Shown here piece after piece: positions 9,546-18,312 of a stretch of 37,837 nucleotides of DNA. A program made the translations under genes and the position numbers. The stretch's first letter is position 1; each line of letters opens with the position of its first letter. The stretch is from a virus (taxonomy: Duplodnaviria > Caudoviricetes), in IMG/VR virus record IMGVR_UViG_3300011409_000010, positions 1 to 37,837 of that record; one strand, given 5' to 3'. The notes below the pieces were generated by a model that searched no databases, had not been told where the DNA came from, and saw only the letters and a list, made by a program, of their open reading frames with translations.

Positions 9546-10460
9546 ATGGCAACCTACGATGCGTCATCGTTCCCCGAATTGGCGATCTTCGCGAACGGCG
9601 CTATCACAGGCGGGCCGATGTTTCAGACAACTGTAGTGCATTCAGCCAATGGTACAGAGCAGCGCAATGCGGCAAGCGGGATGCACGCGAGACGCATCTT
9701 CCGCCTCGACACGAGCACCATCAACGATGCGGTTCGAAATCTCGTGATTGGGTTTTTCGATCTGAGGCGTGGCCAGTCTGATTCGTTTCGCTTTAAAGAT
9801 CCGTTCGACTTCGAAGCGAGTGGCGAGCCGATAGTCAGCGGGCAACTCGTGAAGCGATACACGGCAGGGAGCGTCAGCTACGATCGGCCAATCGTGAAAC
9901 CTATCAGCGGCACGGTGAGCTTCTCAGGCGGTGGCACGCTCGACTACGAAACGGGAATTATCTCAGGCGGTGCAGGCGGCACATGGTCAGGCGAGTTTGA
10001 GATTCAGGCGCGCTTCACAGGTGACAGATACACTGAGCGCAACTTCTTTGTGGATTGGCACGAAGTGCAGCTCGAGATAGTCGAGACTTTTGACTACGAC
10101 CTGCCAGGCGCATCAGGCGCATCGCTCGCATCGACAATCACATATGAGTTCCCGCTTCCGCTCGAGGTGGGGCGCAATCGCTTTCAGGACTGGAGCACGT
10201 ACGTGGTGCAGGGCGGTGGCTACTCTGAGGACCGTTTCTCGCAGTACTCAAGCGGTCGCGTAGGTTTTGAGGGCAATGTGCTCTGCGCAGATCGCACTGA
10301 CCTCGAGACGCTCTTGAGCGCATTCCTGTGCGTGCGTGGCAGGCGCACTGCATTCCAGCGTGAAGCATTCAATGTGCGGTTTGATCGTGATGCGCTCGTG
10401 ATTGGCTACACCGGCAATGAGTCGTTTCAGTGCCCTTTGGGGTTTGTGGGAATCATCTAG
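9546..10460 (+). CDS. Distal tail protein, DUF2460/GTA-like, with duplicated C-terminal domain
   Basis: GGPMFQTTVV...NGTEQRN...FFDLRRGQSDSFRFKDPFD; QLVKRY...RPIVKP. Confidence 0.8.
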   Translation: MATYDASSFPELAIFANGAITGGPMFQTTVVHSANGTEQRNAASGMHARRIFRLDTSTINDAVRNLVIGFFDLRRGQSDSFRFKDPFDFEASGEPIVSGQLVKRYTAGSVSYDRPIVKPISGTVSFSGGGTLDYETGIISGGAGGTWSGEFEIQARFTGDRYTERNFFVDWHEVQLEIVETFDYDLPGASGASLASTITYEFPLPLEVGRNRFQDWSTYVVQGGGYSEDRFSQYSSGRVGFEGNVLCADRTDLETLLSAFLCVRGRRTAFQREAFNVRFDRDALVIGYTGNESFQCPLGFVGII

Positions 10461-10463
10461 CCT

Positions 10464-11384
10464 ATGCCTCGAAACATACCAGCAGCTCTTGCAGCCCACA
10501 TCGCACTTGGCGGAACAAGTTTGTGCGAGCTGATCAAGGTGACGCCAACGGTGGGCAGCGTGCTCGCCTTCACGAATCATATTCAGAACCTGACAGTGGA
10601 TTCGCAGCTTTACCTGGCACGACCGGGAATGCGCGTGAGTGAGGTGAAAAGCGGCCTGAAGATGGAAATTGACACATCGCAGGCGCAGGGCTTCTTCCAG
10701 TCAGGCGTAATCACGCTGGCCGATATTCTCAAGGGCAAATTCAGGGATGCGACTTTCGAGCGCAGGTTTGCGAATTACGACTCGCCTGGCGACGGCGGCT
10801 ACACGTACCAGTCAGGGCAGATTGGGCGCGTGGATGTGGCTGACAACTCATTCACGGTGGAGCTGCGCGGGCTGATCCAGAAGCTGTCGCAGCCTGTGGG
10901 CCGCGTCACTTCGAGGATGTGCGATGTGCAGCGCGTGGGCGATGCGAGGTGCAAGTTCAATCTGGCAACCACGCAGGCTGGAACAGGCACGCCATTTACG
11001 CAGACGCTGACAGTTACCGACGTAAACACTGCAAATGAATTTGAAGTAAGTGGCTACAGCGGAGGCATTGACTGGTTTGATGGCGGCTATCTCACATGGA
11101 TCACTGGCAATAATGCCGGATACACGGCAGAGATAGGCGCGGGGATAATTATCGGCTTTGGGAGTCTGACGCTGTCGCTAATTATGCAGCCGGGCCAGGA
11201 CATTCAGGTTGGAGACACGTGCAGTGCGACTGCCGGGTGTGATCGGTTCAACCATACCTGTCAGAACAAGTTTCGAAACGCAGCGCAGCCCGATGGCAAC
11301 CTCGTCAACTTTCGCGGTTATCCTGACCTCGCAGGCGCAATCATCTACAAGGCAGCAGATGGAATCATCGCAGCAGGTGGATAG
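10464..11384 (+). CDS. Baseplate hub protein (DUF2163 / BR0599-like)
   Basis: CD..VGDARC, WFDGGYLTWITGNNAG, AGCDR...TCQNKF...NLVNFRGYP. Confidence 0.88.
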   Translation: MPRNIPAALAAHIALGGTSLCELIKVTPTVGSVLAFTNHIQNLTVDSQLYLARPGMRVSEVKSGLKMEIDTSQAQGFFQSGVITLADILKGKFRDATFERRFANYDSPGDGGYTYQSGQIGRVDVADNSFTVELRGLIQKLSQPVGRVTSRMCDVQRVGDARCKFNLATTQAGTGTPFTQTLTVTDVNTANEFEVSGYSGGIDWFDGGYLTWITGNNAGYTAEIGAGIIIGFGSLTLSLIMQPGQDIQVGDTCSATAGCDRFNHTCQNKFRNAAQPDGNLVNFRGYPDLAGAIIYKAADGIIAAGG

Positions 11385-11799
11385 GGAACTGATTGTCAGG
11401 ACTGCGCGCGGCCTGCTTCGACCGCGCGTGCTCTTTCGTCCCTATGGGCGTGATCCGCAATATGGGCTGGATTGTGTGGGCGTACCTATCTGGGTGGGCA
11501 AGCAATGCGGATACCTGCCACCTGACTATGAGCCGCCCTTATATGCATACCCGCCACAGGCGGAACTCTTCGAGCGCTTTGACGATGTGTGCCAGTGGCG
11601 CGAAGGGCCCGCACACGGTGCGGTTGCAATCCTGGGGAGAAATGGCACACCGCAGCATTCGGGCATAGCGGCATGGGTAGATGATCGATGGAAAGCGATT
11701 GGCGTTGACCTGAATGGCCATCGGCCTTTCGTGACTATGACGCCACTTGAAATGGATTTTGTCTGGCGATTCTATGATTTTAGACTGGCGCAGAGTTAG
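11359..11799 (+). CDS. NlpC/P60 tail-associated cell-wall peptidase
   Basis: GRDPQYGLDCVG (catalytic Cys) and PQHSGI (His); GTA-like synteny; start set at ATG 11359. Confidence 0.8.
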   Translation: MESSQQVDRELIVRTARGLLRPRVLFRPYGRDPQYGLDCVGVPIWVGKQCGYLPPDYEPPLYAYPPQAELFERFDDVCQWREGPAHGAVAILGRNGTPQHSGIAAWVDDRWKAIGVDLNGHRPFVTMTPLEMDFVWRFYDFRLAQS

Positions 11800-13924
11800 T
11801 CATATCATTGCGGCACTTGTCCTGTTGACGACGCCTGCCCTGGCTGATCCATTCAGCGCGATTACTTTGCTTGCATTCGTGGCAGACGTTCTCGCTGCGG
11901 CCATCATTGTTGGTGCGAGCTATCTACTTCAGCGTGTGCTCACACCACGCCCGAAGCCAGCCGAAGCGCCACACACTGATTTGCAGATTACTTCATCGCG
12001 CGAGGGTGAACCAATTCCGCGCATATACGGCCAGGCGGCTGTAGGTGCGAAAGTTATCTGGCTGGGGCCAGTTCGCCCACATCCGGTACCGGGGGCGGGC
12101 CAGGGCAAGAGCCAGGCTCCCACCACACACGGATGGAATGTCTCAATGGGGTTGCTTGTTTGCGAGAACCGCAATGATTCAATACGTGGCATTTCGCGTA
12201 TGTATGCCAATGGCAATTTGCTCTATGAGCGCGACCCGGTAACACTGACCGGCGCTAATGTCACGGAGGGCTCGTATGGCGGCCCATTCAGGCAGGACCT
12301 GCTCTATGCGCAGCGATTGCAGATTCTCCTGGGGAATGAAACGCAAACTGATCGGTGTCCGTGGTACGCCACAAGTGGTGATGATGATGATTATCCGGGC
12401 TATCGCGGCTCTGTCGTTGTCTGGCTCGAGGGTGTGGACCTGACGCCTTCTTACAATCAGATTGCACAATATCAATTCGAGGTGGTCAATAATGATGGCT
12501 TAATCTCGGACATTGTTACAGCGGAGTGCGCATATGCTGGCGTCTCAGCTGCTCAGATCACGAATGATGCGCCTGCCGAGCCTGTGAATGGCTGGATTGT
12601 GATAGGGCCGACAGCACCCAAAAACACCTTCGAAGCACTTTCAATCGTTGCGCCTTTTGACTGTGCGGAAGTCGATGGCAAGCTCAAGTTCATCACACAG
12701 CCGCAATCCTCGAGCGTAACCATTCCCGATGGTGATCTTGGTGCAGTCTCGTCAGGACGTGAGGAGCAATCAGAGAAAGCGATCAAGTTTGCGCTATCAA
12801 GCGAGCAGAGCCTGACTGAGGTGGCGCAGCGAGTAGAGATTACGTTCTTCGATCCTGATTTCAAGTATGAGGAAGCCACCGCTGGCTATGGCCTGCAATT
12901 CGGATCAGGTGCGGCAGTCAAAGAGATATTCCTGCCAATGGCGTCAGATCGCGCGCAGATGCGCAACAGGGCCAGCAGATTGCTTGCGCGCACGCGAATG
13001 GAGACAGATTCACTGAAGATTGAACTGCCGCCAAAGTATGTCAAATATCATCCCGGCGATGTGGTGACTGTACCTGCACCCAATTCGCAGCTGCTTGATC
13101 TGCGCATCACCGGGATGGAGTTCATACCTGGCGATAAGCTAAAGATCGAGGGCGTGCGCCAATTGCGTGCAGCAGGTGTCGGGCCATCAGACGCGGATCT
13201 GATCACGCCAGGCGAGAGTGATGAAGTGCCGCCACTTGATTCCATTTTCATCCTCTCAAACGCACCGCCACTAATCGACGATCACGATGGGTTTGATGGC
13301 ATCTACTGGGCAGCAGGGCCGCGCGCGGTGCCAACCACAACACCAGCACCCAGCTGGCTTGGCTCGACGCTCTTCAGGAATGCGTGCGGGTCAGATGATA
13401 CCAACAAGCAATACTATGCGATTGCGCTAACGCGAACCGCAGCCGTGATTGGCAAAGCGCGTACGGCGCTCGCTGATGGAAGCGGTGTTGATGCCACAAA
13501 CACTGTTGATGTGGACTTCCCATACGGCGCAGGCACGAACACTGTGCTTGGTATCCACAATGATGCATTCACGAAGATCACGCAGGCGAATCTCTGCATA
13601 CTTGGGAAGGAAGTCTTGCAGTTCCGTGACGTGACAGATGTGAGCGCATCCTATTCGCTTGCGGCGGGCCGCGTCTGGCGATTGTCGCAGCTTAAGCGTG
13701 GCCTGCGTGATACGGGCACGATGACAGCCACGCACGCAATCAATGAAGGATTTGTTCTCTGGAATCCAGACAGCCTGATCCGAGTGCCGCTTGATATTAT
13801 CGAACAGGACAATACCTGGAACTTCAAGGCGCTATCACTGGGTCAACAGGAAACTGACGCTGATCCAATTGCCTTCGAATACGACCCTGACGATGGCCAC
13901 ATGACCCTTTGGGATACACCATAA
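11774..13924 (+). CDS. Large tail-tip / host-specificity protein (GTA g15 / gpJ-like)
   Basis: SSREGEPIPRIYG...VIWLG, YPGYRG, EVDGKLKF, HPGDVV, LGKEVLQF...LSQLKRGLRDT. Confidence 0.85.
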   Translation: MILDWRRVSHIIAALVLLTTPALADPFSAITLLAFVADVLAAAIIVGASYLLQRVLTPRPKPAEAPHTDLQITSSREGEPIPRIYGQAAVGAKVIWLGPVRPHPVPGAGQGKSQAPTTHGWNVSMGLLVCENRNDSIRGISRMYANGNLLYERDPVTLTGANVTEGSYGGPFRQDLLYAQRLQILLGNETQTDRCPWYATSGDDDDYPGYRGSVVVWLEGVDLTPSYNQIAQYQFEVVNNDGLISDIVTAECAYAGVSAAQITNDAPAEPVNGWIVIGPTAPKNTFEALSIVAPFDCAEVDGKLKFITQPQSSSVTIPDGDLGAVSSGREEQSEKAIKFALSSEQSLTEVAQRVEITFFDPDFKYEEATAGYGLQFGSGAAVKEIFLPMASDRAQMRNRASRLLARTRMETDSLKIELPPKYVKYHPGDVVTVPAPNSQLLDLRITGMEFIPGDKLKIEGVRQLRAAGVGPSDADLITPGESDEVPPLDSIFILSNAPPLIDDHDGFDGIYWAAGPRAVPTTTPAPSWLGSTLFRNACGSDDTNKQYYAIALTRTAAVIGKARTALADGSGVDATNTVDVDFPYGAGTNTVLGIHNDAFTKITQANLCILGKEVLQFRDVTDVSASYSLAAGRVWRLSQLKRGLRDTGTMTATHAINEGFVLWNPDSLIRVPLDIIEQDNTWNFKALSLGQQETDADPIAFEYDPDDGHMTLWDTP

Positions 13925-14125
13925 ATGGGCAAGGAAAGTATATTGTGTCGGTTCTGTGGTGGCGCTGTCCTGCTGGTCAAAGAAAGAAGCGTCTTTGTCA
14001 TCAAGTGTCAGCAGTGCAATGCAGTCACATGGGACTGGAAAATGAATTGGCAAATCGAGGTTGATAAAGTATTGGCCAACATCGAGCAAGTCTCAGCTGA
14101 GGTGCAATCATCGGAAAGCGCATAA
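13925..14125 (+). CDS. Small zinc-ribbon protein
   Basis: CRFC...CQQC; begins immediately after the upstream stop. Confidence 0.55.
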   Translation: MGKESILCRFCGGAVLLVKERSVFVIKCQQCNAVTWDWKMNWQIEVDKVLANIEQVSAEVQSSESA

Positions 14126-14136
14126 AGTCCACAGGT

Positions 14137-16851
14137 TTGGTCCTTGACGCATCATCAATGGCGAGCGCGCCAGTCAGCCCGGCTGGTACTGTGGCGCTGC
14201 GTGCCAAGCCTGACTCAACGCAGTTGCAATACAGTGCAAACGGCGGAGCGTGGACCGACCTCGCAGGCGGCGGTGGTTCTTCCGTGCGGCTCGATCAGGT
14301 GCTCGACCCTATTGATCCTATCGTTACGCCCTATCCAGGAGTCAAAGCCTTTGGAATGGGCAGCAACCAAATCTCTTTCAGCTTTTTGGGTGCAGACCAT
14401 GAAGATTGCATGGTCTTTCAATCGACGACTGATGCGCCCGGGTCAGGATCGGTGCTGCTTTTACGCACGCTTGGCGCATCTACAACCAAAAGCCCGTTGA
14501 GGGTTGAGGGTCGAGGCGCGTTCTATTTCTCAGTTGGGGTAGATGGCAAGGTGGCGATAGGTGCTGAATCAGGGCTCGTCCACAAGCTGAACGTTTATCA
14601 CACGAACACTGGCGGTGCGTCTGTCGGAATCCTGCACGCGGCCACTACTCTCGCAGCAGGCAACACTGCCATTGCGATGAGCAATGCTGAAATACGACTG
14701 GATGACACAGGAAACACTACAGCACTGCTGGCGATGACGAATCTTGAGCTGGATCTGGATCGTGACAGCTCCTCTGTAGCTAATTCGAGCCTTGTCTGCA
14801 CCAACATCAGCGCCAGTTCAAACATCAACGCCAACACACTGACAGTTCGCAATCTCGCCCTCAGTATTGGGGTGCATAACTCAGCGACGGTGACGAACTG
14901 GGAAGCGATCAGGATCACTGCGCCGAGCACATTCGGCGGTGGGGTGCTTACAAATAAACGTGCCATCATTACTGAGTCTGGTGCAGGTGATGTGGGATTT
15001 GGCACGCTCACTCCTGCTGCGCAACTTCACGTATCCGGCACGGTGCAGGTAGATCAAACCACAACTCAAGCAATCACGCTTTACAAGTACACAGACACAA
15101 CTGACCCGTTCACCATCGACATCAAGCGCGCGCACGGCAGCTCAAGCGGGACGGCTGCGAATATTGTGACCGGCGACATCGTAGGCCGGATGCTCTTTGA
15201 GGGCAGGCTCGCGGGTACGTATACGCAGCTCGGTTATTTGCAGACGCGATATGACTCAACCTACATCGGCGTTGTTGAGCTTGGCGCGGGTGCCTACAGT
15301 CTGACGAGGGTTGAGCTGGTCGAGTCAGGTTCGGTGGGTGCTGTTTCGCTGCGTGCGAATGGCGGCAATTACTTTCAAGTGCAAACATCCGGCTTCATCT
15401 TCTCGCACGGCTCGACTGGCGCTACTTACTACAAAGACTCAGGCGGCTGGTTCGCAGCCCTCGCGATTGGAACAGTCAGCCAGGTGCTTACAGTCACTGA
15501 TATTGGCGGAGGGGTGCTTCAGCCAAGATGGGGAGCCGCACCGGGAGGCGGCAGCGCACCGGGCGGGTCAGCCACAGAATTACAGTATCGTGCAGGGGCA
15601 TCGACATTTGGCGCGTTGCCATCATCAAGTGTCAGCGGCACAAATTTAACAATTGGTGGAGGGCTATTTCTCACTCTAACAAATATCAACGCGGTTCTAT
15701 ACGCGGATTCTACCAATCAAATCGTCTCAACTTCAACTGGATCGAACGGACAATATTTGAAGGTAGCCTTTGGAGTTCCTACTCTTGGCACGTTGAATAT
15801 GAGTGATGCCGGGTCTGGCACATTGGCACTTGCTCGAGGCGGTACTGGGTCAAGTCTGACTGATCCCGGCGCGGATCGCATCCTGTTCTGGGATGACAGT
15901 GCGGGAGTAGTGACCTGGCTGACTGCCAGCACTGGGCTGACTATCACCGGTACATCAATGACCGCATCGGGTGGTACGCCTGCCGGTAGCGGATCAGAGC
16001 TTCAGTATCGAGACGCCGGGGCATTTGGCGCAGTCACAAGTTCAAGCGTGGACGGTTCGGGCGTGATCACGCTTGGTGCTGGCTCAACCATCTGGAAAAG
16101 CGACTCGAACGTGCTGCTCAGTTTTCGTCTTTACAACTCAAGTGCAAATGCTCCGCAGTTATCCTTTCTGAAGTCTAGAGGTTCAGAATCCAGCAAGAGT
16201 GCAGTGCTGTTGGGTGATTCGTTGTTTACTTCGGCATTTTATGGGCAGTACGACTCAGTGGGTCAGCGTCAGGGTGCCGCAATGAATTTCGATGCACAGT
16301 ACAACTTCTCGACAACTTCTGCACCGACTGTATTCAAACTCAAGACAAGTCACGAAAATTCCATCACACCGTTAGACAGACTCGTGATCGGTGGAACAAA
16401 GCAACTAACCAATGCCACTCTCACGGATTTATTTACCATCACCTTTGGGACTGCTGATCAGTTAGCCCTCGGTGGTGAAGTGCATCTGCTGTTTGTAGCT
16501 AAGGGGCTAATTTCAAGTTTGCCCCACATCTTTGTGCATAGAAGGGTCATCTCTTTTGCGGTAGCCCACAATGCGAATAACGATATGCAGGTGACATTCA
16601 CTGAAGTGCAGGCGGCTCGTGCTGGCGGTGCAAGTGATGACACTGGATTAACCGCCATTTCACACGCTCTCAATTCAGACAGCGCAGTGGGCACCGGCAC
16701 CAACATACCTTCGACGCCGAACGCATACGCAACGAATGCAATCACATACAAGATACTGGCCACAGCAGTTCCCAATATGGCCAGCGCCAGCCAACTCACT
16801 TTGTACTACCACGTGATTTACCATGGGGAGGCGCAGCTTACATTGTCATGA
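14137..16851 (+). CDS. Long tail fibre / receptor-binding protein (start uncertain)
   Basis: 904 aa Gly/Ser/Thr-rich mosaic; VGFGTLTPAAQLHVSG, GTLALARGGTG, repeated PGGS.TELQYR modules. Confidence 0.8.
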   Translation: MVLDASSMASAPVSPAGTVALRAKPDSTQLQYSANGGAWTDLAGGGGSSVRLDQVLDPIDPIVTPYPGVKAFGMGSNQISFSFLGADHEDCMVFQSTTDAPGSGSVLLLRTLGASTTKSPLRVEGRGAFYFSVGVDGKVAIGAESGLVHKLNVYHTNTGGASVGILHAATTLAAGNTAIAMSNAEIRLDDTGNTTALLAMTNLELDLDRDSSSVANSSLVCTNISASSNINANTLTVRNLALSIGVHNSATVTNWEAIRITAPSTFGGGVLTNKRAIITESGAGDVGFGTLTPAAQLHVSGTVQVDQTTTQAITLYKYTDTTDPFTIDIKRAHGSSSGTAANIVTGDIVGRMLFEGRLAGTYTQLGYLQTRYDSTYIGVVELGAGAYSLTRVELVESGSVGAVSLRANGGNYFQVQTSGFIFSHGSTGATYYKDSGGWFAALAIGTVSQVLTVTDIGGGVLQPRWGAAPGGGSAPGGSATELQYRAGASTFGALPSSSVSGTNLTIGGGLFLTLTNINAVLYADSTNQIVSTSTGSNGQYLKVAFGVPTLGTLNMSDAGSGTLALARGGTGSSLTDPGADRILFWDDSAGVVTWLTASTGLTITGTSMTASGGTPAGSGSELQYRDAGAFGAVTSSSVDGSGVITLGAGSTIWKSDSNVLLSFRLYNSSANAPQLSFLKSRGSESSKSAVLLGDSLFTSAFYGQYDSVGQRQGAAMNFDAQYNFSTTSAPTVFKLKTSHENSITPLDRLVIGGTKQLTNATLTDLFTITFGTADQLALGGEVHLLFVAKGLISSLPHIFVHRRVISFAVAHNANNDMQVTFTEVQAARAGGASDDTGLTAISHALNSDSAVGTGTNIPSTPNAYATNAITYKILATAVPNMASASQLTLYYHVIYHGEAQLTLS

Positions 16852-17189
16852 AATACATCGAACTCAAGGAAGTCACCACGCGCAAAGGCGAAAACGTGCG
16901 CCTGAATTATGCCCAGCAGATCGAACTGATCGTGGGCGAGGCGATGGACGGGGCAAACGGCCAGCGCCAGGGATTTGACCGCGAAACCAACCGGCGCGCA
17001 CTTCGCATACTCAACGCTCTCGAAGAACAGAAAGATGCCGGGGTGCTCGCGCTCGAGGATGCGGATCACCAGTTTCTCGTTGCCCGCGTGAATCAGTTTA
17101 TCTGGCCATTTGCTGATCGTGTCTTCGAAGAGTTCTGCGAGGCGATCGAGCAGGCGGGCAAGGATAAGCCAAAGGCAATCGCGGCATGA
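16848..17189 (+). CDS. Hypothetical protein, possibly fibre-associated
   Basis: ATGA overlap with fibre gene; 113 aa helical. Confidence 0.65.
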   Translation: MKYIELKEVTTRKGENVRLNYAQQIELIVGEAMDGANGQRQGFDRETNRRALRILNALEEQKDAGVLALEDADHQFLVARVNQFIWPFADRVFEEFCEAIEQAGKDKPKAIAA

Positions 17190-17313
17190 TAGTTGCACTG
17201 TTCTAATCTGCCAGCACGCTAAGTGTGTGCCTGGCATTACCGCGCCCACGCTCTTGTGGCGTGAGCACTCGAAACACAGTCCATAATGCAGCAGCTAACC
17301 AAGGGAGAACACC

Positions 17314-17562
17314 ATGGCAGATCAGGCACGAGACAAATGGCAGCAGCAGGGCGATGCGGAGTTCGAGAAGGTCAAAGTAACCATCGAGAAGGTGAAAGTG
17401 GATGTGCCACAGAACGTCAGACCTAAGCTCGATGAAATTCTGCAATCAGTGCAGAGCCTCATCGCACACTACAAGAACCAGCCGACGCAGCTGCCAGCAG
17501 ATCCAAACAACCCGCAGGCGGCGAATCCGATTGCGCCTGGCGGTCAGCCGCAACCAAAGTAG
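17314..17562 (+). CDS. Hypothetical accessory protein with Pro/Gln-rich tail
   Basis: RBS AAGGGAG; followed by terminator. Confidence 0.7.
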   Translation: MADQARDKWQQQGDAEFEKVKVTIEKVKVDVPQNVRPKLDEILQSVQSLIAHYKNQPTQLPADPNNPQAANPIAPGGQPQPK

Positions 17563-17635
17563 GGTTGACACGTGAGATAGAATCGGCGGCAATTAGTCGC
17601 ATCTGGTCTCAGCCAATTTTCGACACATATGATCC

Positions 17636-17677
17636 ACACGCTTCCCGAAGTGAGAAACGGGGGGCGTGTTTTGTTTT
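17636..17677 (+). terminator. Rho-independent terminator ending the rightward late transcript
   Basis: 12-bp stem ACACGCTTCCCG/CGGGGGGCGTGT (two G-U pairs) followed by TTTGTTTT. Confidence 0.75.
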
Positions 17678-17693
17678 GCGCTCTGTTCTATTT

Positions 17694-17938
17694 AAAGCGG
17701 CCAAAAAGCGGCCATCAATGTTTCACGTGAAACGGGGAATTGCTAATGTTGGCGGATAGTTAGGTGAGATATGCAAAACTACTCAGGATAGTACCACGGG
17801 TCTTCGATATGGGCATGTAACCTCCTTAAAGTGTGTAGTTTGTAGAGGTTCGAAGAAATGGGCGAAAACCTTAATGGCCGCATTTTGGCCGGTTTTTTTG
17901 CCCTTTTCCATTCTATGTGGCCAAAAAGCGGCCATCAA
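17694..17938. repeat. attP-like region with three pairs of integrase arm-type repeats (AAAGCGGCCA, 11-bp period)
   Basis: GGCCAAAAAGCGGCCATCAA exact at 17699-17718 and 17919-17938; inverted degenerate pair at 17875-17895; non-coding, downstream of integrase. Confidence 0.8.
17719..17734. promoter_or_regulatory. parS: parS-like palindrome TGTTTCACGTGAAACG
   Basis: 15/16 match to the bacterial parS consensus TGTTTCACGTGAAACA; intergenic. Confidence 0.8.
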
Positions 17939-17991
17939 GTAAAAGCCCGCGATAACGCGGGCTGAGAGTGATATTCGTGTGTGAAGCAAAT

Positions 17992-18312
17992 TCATTTAAG
18001 CTCCTTCTCCATCGCGTCAACTTCATCACGAATGGCTCCCATCAGCAACTCACCGAGTCTCGGATCAGACATACTCCCGTACTTGCCGCTAAGTCTCACC
18101 ATTACCCGCTCCACGAATGAGCGGATGATTTGCATACTTGGCTCTTTTGGGATAATCACGGCGCCTGTGGAGTGAAAGACATAGCCTAGCGCCATCAGGT
18201 CTCGCTGCTCTTTGAGAATGGAACAGATGGCTTCAAGCATGTCTGAGTGATCTACCCATGCCTGATGCTCCACCCACGCAATCATTTCATCAATCGTTGG
18301 TTCGCTCATCAT
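17992..18312 (-). CDS. MSEPTIDEM-family framework/variable small protein, copy C
   Basis: Shares four blocks with 27832-28188 and 36292-36618; start overlaps integrase stop. Confidence 0.85.
   Translation of the reverse strand: MMSEPTIDEMIAWVEHQAWVDHSDMLEAICSILKEQRDLMALGYVFHSTGAVIIPKEPSMQIIRSFVERVMVRLSGKYGSMSDPRLGELLMGAIRDEVDAMEKELK

Noticed and set aside
11774-11940. Signal peptide/TM segment implying a secreted protein
   Set aside because: Hydrophobic N-termini are common in GTA/lambda-like tail-tip proteins, and the rest is clearly a tip protein.
17255-17285. Hammerhead ribozyme suggested by CGAAAC...GTC
   Set aside because: The required CUGAnGA core is absent.
17847-17854. GGTTCGAA as a tRNA T-loop / tRNA-type att core
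   Set aside because: No flanking T-stem, acceptor stem or CCA.
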